DNA of 64,000 bases. It comes from Octopus sinensis (lineage: Eukaryota). This document shows positions 28,055 to 41,431 of the stretch, in pieces. Position 1 is the stretch's first letter. Each line of letters begins with the position of its first letter. The notes below the pieces were generated by a model. It worked only from the letters and a program-made list of their open reading frames with translations. It ran no database searches and was not told the DNA's origin. The stretch spans positions 93,620,001-93,684,000 of the forward strand of contig NC_043001.1 in NCBI RefSeq assembly GCF_006345805.1, in the 5' to 3' direction. A program made the translations under genes and the position numbers.

Positions 28055-29096
28055 GCGTGCGTGTGTGTGTGTTACAATTATGCGTTTTCTGTTTCTGCAT
28101 ACTCAGACCAACTAAACAATTGTATATTTCCGAGAAGCATTCTTTGCGACAACACAGCCGGCTCCACATTTCTAACATAACTTGAGAATGAAATCTGATA
28201 GACAGCAATTCTTGTTAAGCATACATACATACATGCATGCATATATACACACGCGCACACATAGTATATAATATATTTAATCTTTATAGAGTCAGTCTCT
28301 TGCTGTGGTGAGTTTCAGTTGTCGGTGTACTGGAAGTTCACTACTTATGAGTCTGAAGAACCTCTGCACCTATAGTTGAAACTCATAGTAACAGGAGATA
28401 GAGTCGGCTAAGATAAAATATATTAATAAGCTCAAATATGTTACTGAGTAATCTTTTTCTTGACACTTAACACGTAATATGTGTTTGTGGTAATATGTGC
28501 GTGTTCGTATATGAGTGTGCTTGTGTGGTTGTGCATGCTTCATAGATGCGCACTAAGTTGTTGTTTACGTGTAATTCAAATAATTAATTTACCAATATAT
28601 TCGCTACGTTGTGATCCCGAATATACACAGCAGGAATAAATATTTTTTTCGCTGGATACGATCGACTAAAATTTATCACACGGTGACTGCAAAATTGCTG
28701 ATATCCAATATCAGTACTTAATTATGTATGGAGCATACAAATTAATGCATGCAAAAAACAAAGTGGGAGGTAGGGAAATTGGATACATGTGTGTGGATGA
28801 TTTTACGCATGAAAAATATCATATATTCAAATTATGAACTACGACAAGACTTATAAAATATATATTTGCAAGTGGACATATATTTCACAGAATTAGATAT
28901 ACGAATATAGTTTAAGTTCATCCAGACAAAATATTTATTCAGTAAAAGGGAACGGCGATTATAAGGTAGTCGGCATGGCATTATTTTAGCCTCCAATTGT
29001 AGCAAATAAAGTAGGGGAATCAGCTACAATTCGAATCCGGTAAAACTCATCTTGCCATGCGGGATATATATATATATATTTATATATATAAATTTA

Positions 29097-29692
29097 TATA
29101 TAGAGGGCATTATACATACATGCCAGAAGGCATTATACATACATGCCAAACGCTATCTACCTGACAATTTCTTGTTAAGTTTTCCTTATTAAGTAGTTGT
29201 CCTTAATTGCTAAATTTTTATTCCGAAAAAACTTTTCCTCTCCCGAAATGCAATTCGTAAAAGTTTGCCATTTATCCGGATGTAATATATGTAAACTCAC
29301 CCATGTGCTTCGTTGATGTTGAGCAGTTAGCTGATCGGCTTAAGCGGGGCAGGGTCGTTGTTTATTTATAATACATTCAGGCCTGCTGATGAGTACGTAA
29401 GTATGAAATCACGGTGATACAGGTCTATATTTTTTTAAATGTCTTACTTTGAAAAATTGCATTCGGTGGGATTAGTAATATTTTTGGTAGAAATGACTAA
29501 TTGTCCCTCTTACGGTTGGCATGTATGTATAATGCCTTCTGGCATGTATGTATAATGCCCTCTATATAAATAATATGTTCAATAAGAAATAATTATTTTC
29601 GAAATTTTTTCTCTTATGAGGTTTTTACGCTATCTACCTGACAATTTCTTGTTAAGTTTTCCTTATTAAGTAGTTGTCCTTAATTGCTAAAT
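29097..29692 (+). mobile_element. Non-coding element with 53-bp inverted repeats (29097-29149 / 29516-29568), a 66-bp direct repeat (29150-29215 / 29627-29692) and an internal hammerhead ribozyme; retrozyme/PLE-like
   Basis: Both repeat pairs are perfect by eye; the inverted repeat contains two tandem copies of ggcattatacatacatgcc. Confidence 0.7.
29379..29426 (+). ncRNA. Minimal type I hammerhead ribozyme (predicted)
   Basis: aggcctg-CTGATGA-gtac(gtaa)gtat-GAAA-tcacggtga-TA-caggtct: stem I 7 bp, intact core, stem II 4 bp with GUAA loop, stem III atca/tgat, AUA cleavage triplet (cut after 29419). Confidence 0.75.
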
Positions 29693-29782
29693 ATTTATAT
29701 ATATATATATATATATATACATATACATATGCGTGTGTGTGTACTCACGCATATATATATATATATATATATATATACATTA

Positions 29783-30377
29783 GGAAATCTGCTACAGTGG
29801 CATTGAGCAATATTTGGAATGGCACGCCGCTTCAAAAGTAGAAGAGCATCTCTGGAAGACGATGAACGACTTGGAGGGCATGCCACGGAAATGGGAAGAA
29901 AATTCATTAGTTTGTGCATGAGTATCGTGGGAGGACAACCGATGACATCTTGGAGCGTTTGATGGAGGGCATTCAATGAAAGCGACCGAATCTGCGGAAC
30001 ATGTAGAATCGGATTGTTGAAGATGGCAATACACTCTGTCACCGAGCTCTCCTTAATCGTGAATTTCTCGCTTACTCATCAGACCTATTTGTCAGATTTA
30101 GCACCTGCGCACTACAGTCTTTTTCCCACAATAAAAATGCAGCTCAAAGATCGCCGTTTTATTACCGCTGTCAAAACCACGAACGAATCACAGAATGTCC
30201 TCGACTCGCTTCCGGCAAACAACTTTCAGGTCGGATTCAAAACGTGGCAGGAATGCAGGGACAAGTGTATTGATGCGCGAGGTGACTATTTCGAAGGAGA
30301 TGATTTTAAGCCTTTTTTATTAGGCATAACTAGTCCGGGAACTTCTGGTATGATGAATGTTTAGATATCAATGCCTA
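29783..30377 (+). mobile_element. Mariner transposase relic, 5'-truncated and internally deleted
   Basis: RFKSRRASLEDDER; YLSDLAPAHYSLFP (degenerate YSPDLAPxD); KCIDARGDYFEGD; degenerate right TIR agtccgggaac...gtttagatatc similar to the 62.7-kb copy. Confidence 0.9.
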
Positions 30378-30481
30378 TAGAAAATCCTGAGGAAAAGATA
30401 GCATTATCTATGTTTATTTGCTTTATACACTCGCTGGAACCTGAGAAGTAACTCTCTGGAACCTCAAATGACATTTTTATA

Positions 30482-30868
30482 GGAGTAGGAGTGGCTGTAT
30501 GGTAAGTAGCTTGCTTACAAACCACATGGTTCCGGGTTCAGTCCCACTGCGTGGCACATTGGGCTAGTGTCTTCTGTTATAGGCTTGGGCGACCAAAGCC
30601 TTGTGAGTGGATTTGGTAGACGGAAACTGAAAGAAGTCCATCGTATATATGTATATATCAAGTGATCACATGACCGACCAGACCATCAGATGTTACACAT
30701 CGCTGGTCACAATGCTTTCGCATTGTTTTGGCCTTTGAATGACGCCACCACGCTGGCTAAGCGAGCAGGCCAATAGAAGAAAAAGTGGGAGAAAGAGTGG
30801 TGAAAGAGTACAACAGGGATCACCACACCTGCCGGAGCGTCGTGGAGCTTTTAGGTGTTTTCGCTCAT

Positions 30869-30959
<91 letters not shown>

Positions 30960-31170
30960 TTGTGTGTCTCTGTTTGTCCCCCCAACATCGCTTGACAACT
31001 GATGCTGGTGTGATTATGACACCGTAACTTAGCGGTTCGGCAAAAGAGAATGATAGAATAAGTACCAGGCTTGCAAATAATAAGTCCTGGGGTCGATTTC
31101 CTTGACTAAAGGCGGTGCTCCAGCATGACCACAGTCACATGACTGAAACAAGTAAAAGAGTAACAGAGTA
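30482..31170 (+). mobile_element. SINE family A with a nested minus-strand family C-like body (~30660-30868)
   Basis: Head ggagtggctgtatggtaagtagcttgc...ggttcagtcccactgcgtggca; tail ggcggtgctccagcatg...gactgaaacaagtaaaagag. Confidence 0.85.
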
Positions 31171-31777
31171 ATACGATGTTATTTTCAGTTATTACTGTCC
31201 AGAGTTGGGGCTTCCCTATCTTGATGAAATTAAAACCAAAGACACATTGCTGTGAGATCGTACTCTCCTATTTTCACAGCATATTTACAAAATGCATGTT
31301 CTCTTTCTCTCGCGTTGATACAGTGTTTTCTTAGACGTATACATTGTTTAGAATTCCTGTCAGGTGTTCGAGCCTCGTGTAGACACAATTGTTGGATTGC
31401 ATATGGTTGATATATACGTGAGTAGGTGTTATCTATGCTTATTGGATATAAATAACATTTTGTTGCGTAATTGGTGAAGTCATTCGATATATTATGGTAA
31501 TTTGAGTTTTGGTGAATTTTCGAGATAAATCGAAAACAAAGTTATTGAAGAATTTTTGTATTTTGAAATTAAGTTTTAATTAGCTAGAAAAATTATGGAA
31601 CACAAATATTGATAATAGTTACTGCATTTTATTTATATCTAATTAATTCTCCCTTTCTCGATATATGGGTATATGTACGCATGTATGTCTTTATAATTGC
31701 AGATATAGAAAAAGAAAGATGCACCTATTGCGTAGAATAGATTTGTCTCTAACGTTCTACGCTCTCGTACACACACA

Positions 31778-31830
<53 letters not shown>

Positions 31831-32239
31831 CACACACATACACACACACACACACACATATATATATATTTATATATATGTGTGTGTGAATAACATATTT
31901 TATTATTGACTTTTTAATAGAGGTTTTTGTCTATACACACACATATATATATATATGTGCGTGTATAGATTGTTTGAAGTGGTGTACAGGCATTGCATAT
32001 TGAGAAAAAGGAGGCAGAATTTTGTTCGTTTATATAAATCGGATCTTTTATTTTAAAAAAATAACAAAATATAAAACATCCGATTCATATAAATGAACAA
32101 AGAAAAGTTCTGAATTTACCATTTAGATTTTGGTTTTGTCTTGACGAGTTCAAAAAGCGAATAAAAGCGCTGATAAAGAATTATCTAAAATTCTGAGTAC
32201 CCACTTTTGTCAATATATGTGTGTATTATGTATGTATAG

Positions 32240-32305
<66 letters not shown>

Positions 32306-33488
32306 ACATATATATATGTGTGTATATATATATATATATATACACATATACGGTTATGCATAGATATTTCTACCTCTATACATATGCACACATTAATACT
32401 CGCATAAATATTACACATTTTCACGTTAGAGACCAATCTCTACAAATAGATTATCTACACACACATACAGACTCGCATATAAAACATAATCTAACAAATA
32501 CAGAGAACCAGGCATGTACACTTGAGAACATGAAGAAAAACCAAAAAAAAAAAAAACCGTAAGAATCACAGAAGCTAAATCGATTTTCAGCATAATAAAG
32601 TGAAAATAACACCCCAAAATTAGAAAATAATAACAGACATTGATAGTATATAGCTGAAACTCCTATCATACATACATATATACATGACTTTCAGTTACAT
32701 TATGCATATTTATGTACGTATATATATATATACATACAGAGAGAGAGAGACAGACAGACAGATGCATATATATGCACACACACATATACATGTATGTGTA
32801 CATATATATATATTTATCATTATATATATATATATTTATATATATGCATATATATATATGTGTGTGCATTTATACATAGGTATATGTATACATATATGTG
32901 TGTGTGTGTATATCTATATGCGTATATATATATATATGTATATATTGTATGTATACTATATATATATTTTATTGTATATATATATATATATATTGTATGT
33001 ATATATATATATATATATTGTATGTATATATATATATTATATATATATATATAGTATATATATAGATATATATTATATGTATATATATATATATATATAC
33101 GCATGGCAGGAATGGGAAATCAACACCGATTAGTTTTATCACTGTAAATTGCTTTTTGTAAAATTATTTAGTGAGTGTTAACTTTCATGGGAATATTTAA
33201 AGCTTTTTGAAGTAACCCCCACAACGGTAAAGTCAAAATATATTGTCGATTTAAAACATTATCTGTAAACATTCGGCAGTAATTGAAGGCGAACATCTAA
33301 TCATATACACATACATATATGCATGAAAAGAAAGCATGGTTAAAAGACATACACATACACACACATCCCTAATGATATCTTTGTGCGTGTGTCTATGTGT
33401 GTGTTTGTGTTTTCATGAGTTTTTGAATATACACTTTTATATACAGTAATATTTTTGCATATATACGTATATGTGCCTCTCTCTCTCC

Positions 33489-33535
<47 letters not shown>

Positions 33536-33845
33536 TATATATATGGTGTGTGTGTGTGTGTGTGTATGTGTGTACGTGCATGTATGCTTTCGTAATACGT
33601 ATGTACAACACTGGAACAAAAATCCTGATATTTTGAACGGCTTATACTTTCACATAATGAAAATCAACAAGAATACTGATGAATTTGTAAGATTCTGTCT
33701 TCATTGTATTTAGTGGAAATTTCTCCGGTCTATTCTTATGTTCTAATGACAAGCAGATAAAGTATTTGGGTACTAAATTTTAAGCATATATCCTAATTGT
33801 ATATGTTCTCATTGTTACATAGTTCTCATTGCTACCTTGTTACAT

Positions 33846-34251
33846 AGGCGCAGAAGTGGCTGTGTGGTAAGTAGCCTGTTTACCAACCACATGGTTCCGG
33901 GTTCAGTCCCACTGCGTGGCACCTTGGGCAAGTGTCTTCTACTATAGCCTCGGGCCGACCAAAGCCTTGTGAGTGGATTTGGTAGACGGAAACTGAAAGA
34001 ATCCCGTCGTATATATGTATATATATATGAGTGTGTGTGTGTCTGTGTTTCCCCCTAGCATTGCTTGACAACCGATGCTGGTGTGTTTATGTCCTCGTTA
34101 CTTAGCGGTTCGGCAAAAGAGACCGATAGAATAAGTACTGGGCTTACAAAAGAATAAGTCCCGGGATCGAGTTGCTCGATTAAAGGCGGTGCTCCAGCAT
34201 GGCCGCAGTCAAATGACTGAAACAAGTAAAAGAGTAAAAGAGTAAAGAGAG
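33846..34251 (+). mobile_element. SINE family A, full length
   Basis: A-box TGGCTGTGTGG, B-box-like GGTTCAGTCC, tail (agtaaaag)n; tgttaca on both flanks (33838-33844, 34252-34258) is a possible TSD. Confidence 0.92.
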
Positions 34252-35104
34252 TGTTACAATACGTTAAGCAAATTCTAAATTCGTTGAAGTGTTATACATA
34301 TTTCTTCATCGTATATCTCGCTCCTTTCTTCGTATTGAACTGAAACGCTCCCGCGAGAATTGAAGTAAGAAAGAACAAAATATCAATTCACATTCTATTG
34401 AAGGTTCCATTTGATGTCGTGTAAGATACAATGTCTAATCTCCCCCAATGTTGTGATGCCATCTGTAAGAACCTGTATCGATATTCAGATAGAGACTATC
34501 TTTTGAATAACACTGGGGTGTGTAGGAGAAATCATCCCAAACATTACTTATCGGAAACTTTATTTAAGAAGCACCCTGCTGAAAATTCCTTTGCCCTTTC
34601 CTATGTATACATGTTGCCGCTTTGTATGGAAGAGTAACAGACGGAGATCCGATAGAATCAGAAAAATTTGTCACTGACTGGCGTACACATACAGTACGCT
34701 AAATGAGGACAATATCCCTGCACCTGTCTGATAATAATATAGATAATAGCTGTATTAATCAGTGTAAATATCATCTGTTTACTAATCTAAAATATTCTGA
34801 GCAAACTGGAAAAGATTCCACCATTTCTCATATCTATATATTTTAAATTGTATTTTGTTTGAAAAACAAAATAAATTCCAAATTATTTGACAGTGAAGAA
34901 AGTGCTTAAGGCCACAGAAGCAATAATAATAAGAAATATCTATAATGTTGCTGATCGGATAGATGATGCTGTGCAGGATAAAATATAATCAATCGCAAAT
35001 TATAAAATTATGAAATGCATGCTTAGCATGTGAATACGTATTAGAGTTTCATTTTACTAGTTGTTGAGAGCTGCTGTCTTCGTATGTACTTCTGTATATA
35101 ATAT

Positions 35105-35995
35105 AGTAATAACAATAATAATAATAATGAAATTATTGTATACAGTGCTGAGGTGCATCACAACGTGTCAAAAGTGCGTATGCAGCAATGTACAAATGTC
35201 TGGAAAGTGAACAGTGTATGAGTCAGATACATGCTTGCGTGTGTATGGAGGGGAGAAAATCAGGTGTAGTGTTGGCGAATCTCAAGAAGTATGGAAGTTT
35301 TGAAGGATGCAGTGCTCCGACAAATATCAACTGATGCCGGCAGTTTGTTCCATACTTCAGCAACTCTTAGCGTGGAAAGAATGTTTCCGAAAGTCATGGG
35401 AGCTGTGCTGTTTTCTGACTTTGTAAACATGTCCACAGGTGGTAGACAGATGGAGTTTGAAAAGGTGCTCAAAAGGTGCTCAGAGTTATTGTTTGTAAGC
35501 TGGTTAATAATTTTTATGGGTATCTGCCAAGTCAGCTGCCAGACGTCGGAGTTTCAATGTATCCATGCCCTGGGAAGTAAGGCATTCAGAATATGGCAAA
35601 TGCCTAATGGAGGGTATTCTCTTGGTTGAACGTCGCTGAACGTCTTCCAGACGATTCATATCCTGGGTAGATAGGGGTTCCAGACCGGTGATGTAAATTC
35701 TAGTTGAGGTCGCACCATAGCTATATAATGCTGCAGATAGATAGCCGGAGAGCGGCTCACAAAGGATTGATGAGTGATGGCAAGACACCCTCATCCTTCT
35801 TGGCAATTTTAGCAATGTGTTTTGTCCAACGCAAATCGCTAATGCCCAGGTCACGTTAACAAGAAGACTTTCTGAGATTAGTGTTGCGGAGGGAATAAGT
35901 AGACGCTGGGTTTTTCCTCCCAAAATGCATGGTGGTACATTTGTTCTCAGCCAGCTTGAGTTGCCAGTTCTAGGTATTTTCTAAAGCTTATATGA
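35105..35995 (-). mobile_element. CR1/L2-group LINE, 3' end, 5'-truncated and frameshifted
   Basis: QDMNRLEDVQRRSTKRIPSIRHLPYSECLTSQGMDTLKLRRLAADL...LRVAEVWNKLPASV...STASFK, the CR1/L2 post-RT pattern (LExVQRRATK...L..RR..DL; RVxxxWNxLP); 3' UTR followed by an (ATT)n tail. Confidence 0.9.
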
Positions 35996-36984
35996 GCTAC
36001 TGAACTTAATGAAGCCAATAAATTCTGTTCTTAGGGTAAAACAGCGAAAACTTAGAGGTAGTTATTGCGGGTCTAAAAAGAAAAGAGGGGATAATTTTTT
36101 TAAAAAGATTTGCATAAAAATAATTTACGTGGTTGGAGAAATCTATTTGTTACCAGGTAAATTGACAGCTATGGGTATATGTTCTTGAGCAAATCAAATC
36201 AAAATTCGATGTATTCAAAAAAGTCTAAAACATTCGCAGCTTTCTTTATTGTTAGGTAACAAATGTCAGTCACAATTTTCCATCTCGCATATAAATTAAA
36301 TTTTGTGAAATTATTTCTTATTTCTTTGAGGTTATCTTCCATTTTATTTAAGTGCTGCACACAACTGCCGCAACGTTATCCTATTCATTTAAACTTACGT
36401 GGAAAATCTCAATAAATTGTAAGGTATTTTTCGGCTACGCTATTCAGCACTTAATCCCTTTTTTGATATATCTGAATCCATTTCATTTACGAACAAATAT
36501 TATTCCTTTTAGCTCACGTTTTGATATTTTGATTTCATTTATTTTATTCTTTACCATTGAATGTGAAATTAAATAAAAAATTATCATAATGGTAATGCAC
36601 TAACCGAACTCCTCTATTAACTTTTTAATGTGTAGATTTAATAATCTAGTCATACTTCAAAAACTAATTCGATTCCAAAAACAGAAAATAAAAAAAAGAA
36701 AAAAAAGAAAATAAATAAGCCCACAACCTCATAGCAAGCGCCAACCGTCTAATATATAAATACATTTCAATAAATATATTTTCTGAACGCATGAATAGAA
36801 GATGAGAGAACCGATCCGTATATTAATGAAGTGAAGATCGATGAATAATATACGAATAATTTAACTTACTAACCTTACACTGATAAATTACAGGTTAGCG
36901 AGAGGCAAACGTTCGTTCTAAACAACCGCAGTGATTTTATCATTGGAATCACAACTACAAAACAAACAACAAAATTACTTGAAA

Positions 36985-37032
36985 GATCACACTCTGTGAC
37001 CCCATATATATATATATAATATATATATATAT

Positions 37033-37074
<42 letters not shown>

Positions 37075-37107
37075 ATATATATATATATATTATATATAAT
37101 ATATATT

Positions 37108-37140
<33 letters not shown>

Positions 37141-37158
37141 ATATATATTTAATATATA

Positions 37159-37216
<58 letters not shown>

Positions 37217-37341
37217 TATATATATATATATATATTTATATATATTTATATATATCTATATATATATACACATATATATATATCTTCATATATATATATA
37301 CACACATACATATATATATATATATCTTCATATATATATAT

Positions 37342-37419
<78 letters not shown>

Positions 37420-37420
37420 C
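36985..37420. repeat. Long (TA)n microsatellite field
   Basis: Directly visible. Confidence 0.95.
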
Positions 37421-37586
37421 GTATACATGTCAGTGATAATGTGCGATAGTTTTGAGAAAACGCTATCCTGAAAGGAGAGATAAAAATATATATTCCCATA
37501 TATGGTATTATATTTCTACCTATCGATCGATTTATCTCCCTTCGTATGTTTACCTGTCTATGTCTGTGTGTGAATGTATGTGCATA

Positions 37587-37621
<35 letters not shown>

Positions 37622-37947
37622 ATATATATATATATATGGATACTCGGCAGATTGACAGATTCAGTGCGTTGAATAGAATAACTGACGCTTTTGAAATCTC
37701 AGCAGTGTAAATATCAATTCGAATCATACCAACTGAGATTAGTCTTTCATCGTTTTGCATAAATAAAATACGTGTCGTCTATAGGAATATTATTATTCAC
37801 GTAGCCTCCTTTCTGACATTCTCAATCCAGAGGAAATCCGCTGGGTATAATATGCCCGAGGAAGGAAGGCTGCTTATATCAATAATACATTCACGAAATT
37901 CGACGGTCCGGACGAGAGACCAGCAAGTAGTGCGGTCCAGCATGCGT

Positions 37948-38041
37948 ACACCCCCCACACCTCCCCACACACACACCTACCCCACACACACCTCCCCCCA
38001 CACACACCTCCCCCCACACACACCTCCCCCCACACACACCT
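37948..38041. repeat. 16-bp C-rich minisatellite (CCCCCCACACACACCT)n
   Basis: Three perfect units at 37994-38041 plus about three degenerate units upstream. Confidence 0.9.
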
Positions 38042-38742
38042 CTCAGGGTGAAAATCGAAATAGCATATAGAATTCTTGGATACACAAAAATGTATATACT
38101 TAATTATCTAGCAAGAGAACCTTGCCTGCTGCTCAAGGATTATATCGTGACTAAATAAGCCATGTTTTGTTTCCTTATAACTGTTTTTATCATTTCTGCC
38201 TGCTTCCATATAGCATATTTTCGCATACCTAAAATGTCTCATTCATATAAATATACTCATATAGATATGTATATAGAATATTTTTACGTTATCACGAACA
38301 AAATCTAATATTTTAATAGATGTAGTACAAAAAATAATAATTATTATTTAATATCGCACTATATATCTCTCTTACTCTGTCTCTCTTTATCTTTCTCTCA
38401 CTCTGTCTGTCTCTCTAAATATATCTGTGTGTGTGAGTGTATATATATATATAATTTTTTTTGCGTAATGAGATAAAAAAAACCAAGGCTGAGTAGATTT
38501 TAGAACATTTATAGTAGATATGTCTTACAGCTGTTTCCAGGATATTTGTTATATCCCTTCATGGGAGATGGTGTAGAGAATAGTTAAGTAATAGTTAATT
38601 TAGATATGATAAAAAATAGAGAGTGAGGTGGAGGAAAGAAAATAGATGTGAGATATGCAGGGATATTGAATTTGTATATCCATTTTTTAAGGAAAATGTT
38701 ATAGATGCAAGATTCCAATACTTTATGAGTAAAATCCAACAG

Positions 38743-38810
<68 letters not shown>

Positions 38811-40322
38811 ATATATGTATGTTTGGAAGCATACACACACAACACAGGGTGTGTGTGTGATTGGGAATTAAACACAGGAAAGTGAAGGGAACGCAAGAAC
38901 ACATGCTTTCAGGAAGCGCTCTTATCCCACTGGACGACTCAGGAAACGTTGTTAACCCTTCCGCTCTGTCTGTCTGTCTTTCTCTATGTAGCAAATATCC
39001 GCCACATGAAAACGCATCAGTCATGCTAATGTTAACAGTTATTAATGCGTCATCGGTGATCGGCTTCTAATTTTTGTTCATACATAATAGAAACTTTCAC
39101 TTAGAGTAGCTTTTGTTTTTTGCCTACACAGATATATATATACACATATACATATATATATATATCTTCATATATATAAGAACTGATTGAAACTTACACG
39201 TATATAAACGTAGGCAACGTTGACGTTTCTTAACAGAAACCTAATTTCTAAGTTAATATTCCTCTTGAACTACATTGCTATGCAGTGTTTAGATTAATTA
39301 ATGTCCGTCTCCTACACCCGCTCTGGTGTTCTCAGTAATATTCGTTCCCGTCTGCGTTTTGCATTGGATATATAGCTCCAAGTCACTACTATCTCACCAG
39401 ACATAAAGGAGTGATTGATCCCCGAGAATCATAAATAATGATGAAATTTGTTCGATCGACCGCATTTTTTGAGGCCACAGTAAGAAAAAAAAAATGTACT
39501 GTTTCAGAACAATGCTGATCGGCAAATCTGCAAATGACACGTGCTTGTAAAAGTAGTTTGTATCAGCACGGCCACAGACCAGTGACTGAAAGAAGTAAAA
39601 GATACAAGATGTAGCTTTTCTGTTGCCATTGATGCATAGATCTAATGAAAGATTCAATATACATCATTTTTGATAATACATTTAATGCAATCATGCCTGT
39701 TTGTGGATATACTGTTTCTGTGCGATTATAGGACCATTTATTTGATTTATTATACTCGTATTTTATTGGCTGAAGTAGATATGAATTATAACCGAGCATC
39801 GGTAACTTCGGATTAGGTTTCTATTGAGCAATTAATCTCAAGTAATTTCCCAATGTTGCAAGATATATAATTAATGAATATTTATATATACTCTGTTTTT
39901 CTCCGTCCTCATCGATTAAGTAAGAATTGCCTCCCCTTCTGTATTTACAATGACAAGTAGCTAATAAAAACAGTAGCATATCAATGACGTTTGTATTTCG
40001 GCACAAGACTGATAGAAAAGAAATTACTTATCCCACTGACCGGGCGTAAATATGAATTGATTTATCGTCAGTTGTACGACGTTTATAGGTAATGAAATCA
40101 TAATAAAGGTACCACATGTTTTTGCTGCGTTTCTTTTATATGTTCTTGAAATGGTGCTGTTTTCTCTGTCTATATCTATTTTCGTAGTTATTGAGGTTCT
40201 TATGATTTCATAGAGGTATTTTTCTAAATCTCTGTATTTATTATGATTATAATAATAAAATATGAACAAAAAACGACAATAAAGTAATGGAATTATTATT
40301 GCTTTTAAGATTATTATTATTA

Positions 40323-40371
<49 letters not shown>

Positions 40372-40375
40372 CATT

Positions 40376-41171
40376 ATATGTTTGACTTTTGCTTTGTATT
40401 TGTACAAGTTGGCTCCAAGTCTCACCCAGAGACCTCAAGTGGCAACAAGTTAGAAGTTCATGTTGGTGTTATGCCTAGGGTGTCATATATTTGGTTTTGC
40501 ACATAGTATTGTTCTATAGAATTTTAAGAGAACAAGAAATTATGAGTTTGTTTTAAAATGTGAGATTACATTGTATTTTACGTAGGATATGGGCAGTTCC
40601 CATGAGCACTATCTTTTGAAATTCTGCTATTTTAGGGTAGGCAGCAATCAGCTTCTATTGCTATAATTACTAGAGCACCTATGACAACAGGTATTGTTTT
40701 AGTCACGTTGTTCTACATTTTGCCAATTTCTATTTCAAGGTCTTTATACTTCCTCAGTTTTTGGTAGGTCTTGACAGATACATTTATATCGATTGGGACA
40801 ATCATATCAACGAGGAGGCATGATTTTTGTCTGAAGGCTTTCAATATAATGTCTGGCCTATTCGCATTTATCTTTCTGTCAGTTTGAATGGGAAAGTTCC
40901 TGAGGAGTGAGATGTGATCATTTTCAAGCACTGGAGGTGGTTTGTGTGTCCACAAGTTTTTATCATGGGGCAGGCCAGGATTTTGCAAATTTCGCAGTGA
41001 ATATATTGTGCTGCTCTATCATGCCGGTTGAGATACTCTATAGGCGCAAGGAGACTGCACTTGGAGGCAACACGATTAGTGGTTTCATTTTGTTGTTGAC
41101 ATACACATGTTGGGCTACTGCCGTTCTTTAATATGTTGGCCTGGTAGTTTTTTTGTAGGTAGGCATTGATC
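40376..41171 (-). mobile_element. R4/Dong-like non-LTR retrotransposon, 3' ~0.8 kb (zinc knuckle, RLE endonuclease, 3' UTR), decayed
   Basis: KNYQANILKNGSSPTCVCQQQNETTNRVASKC...YLNRHDRAAQYIH; NRPDII...LLVDMIVPIDINVSVKTYQKLRKYKDLEIEI; IPVVIGAL; MGTAHILRK. These are the CCHC remnant, RHD, PD..D and KxxKY motifs. 3' end abuts (TAA)n. Confidence 0.9.
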
Positions 41172-41431
41172 TTCTTCTTCTTCTCAATAGCTTCTTCTTT
41201 CAATAACGTTCCCATTTCTTGCCGCGTGTCTTCATGACAACCATGGCAATTTCATTGTCATTGTTGCTGTGACTTTTATTATTTTTAGTAGTAGTTGGAC
41301 TATTAATTTCCATTGTTTTGTTTTTTTTTTGCAGAAAACAGCCGAACGGAATGCCACTAATTTTATCATTAGATATACATAGGACATATTAAGATTCTAG
41401 CTTTACCAATTGTTATCCTCATTATAAGTAG

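Noticed and set aside
27470-38240. Other minus-strand AG|GTATG juxtapositions (~27478, ~38228)
   Set aside because: Weak or absent polypyrimidine tract and branch point, unlike the 57.4-kb site.
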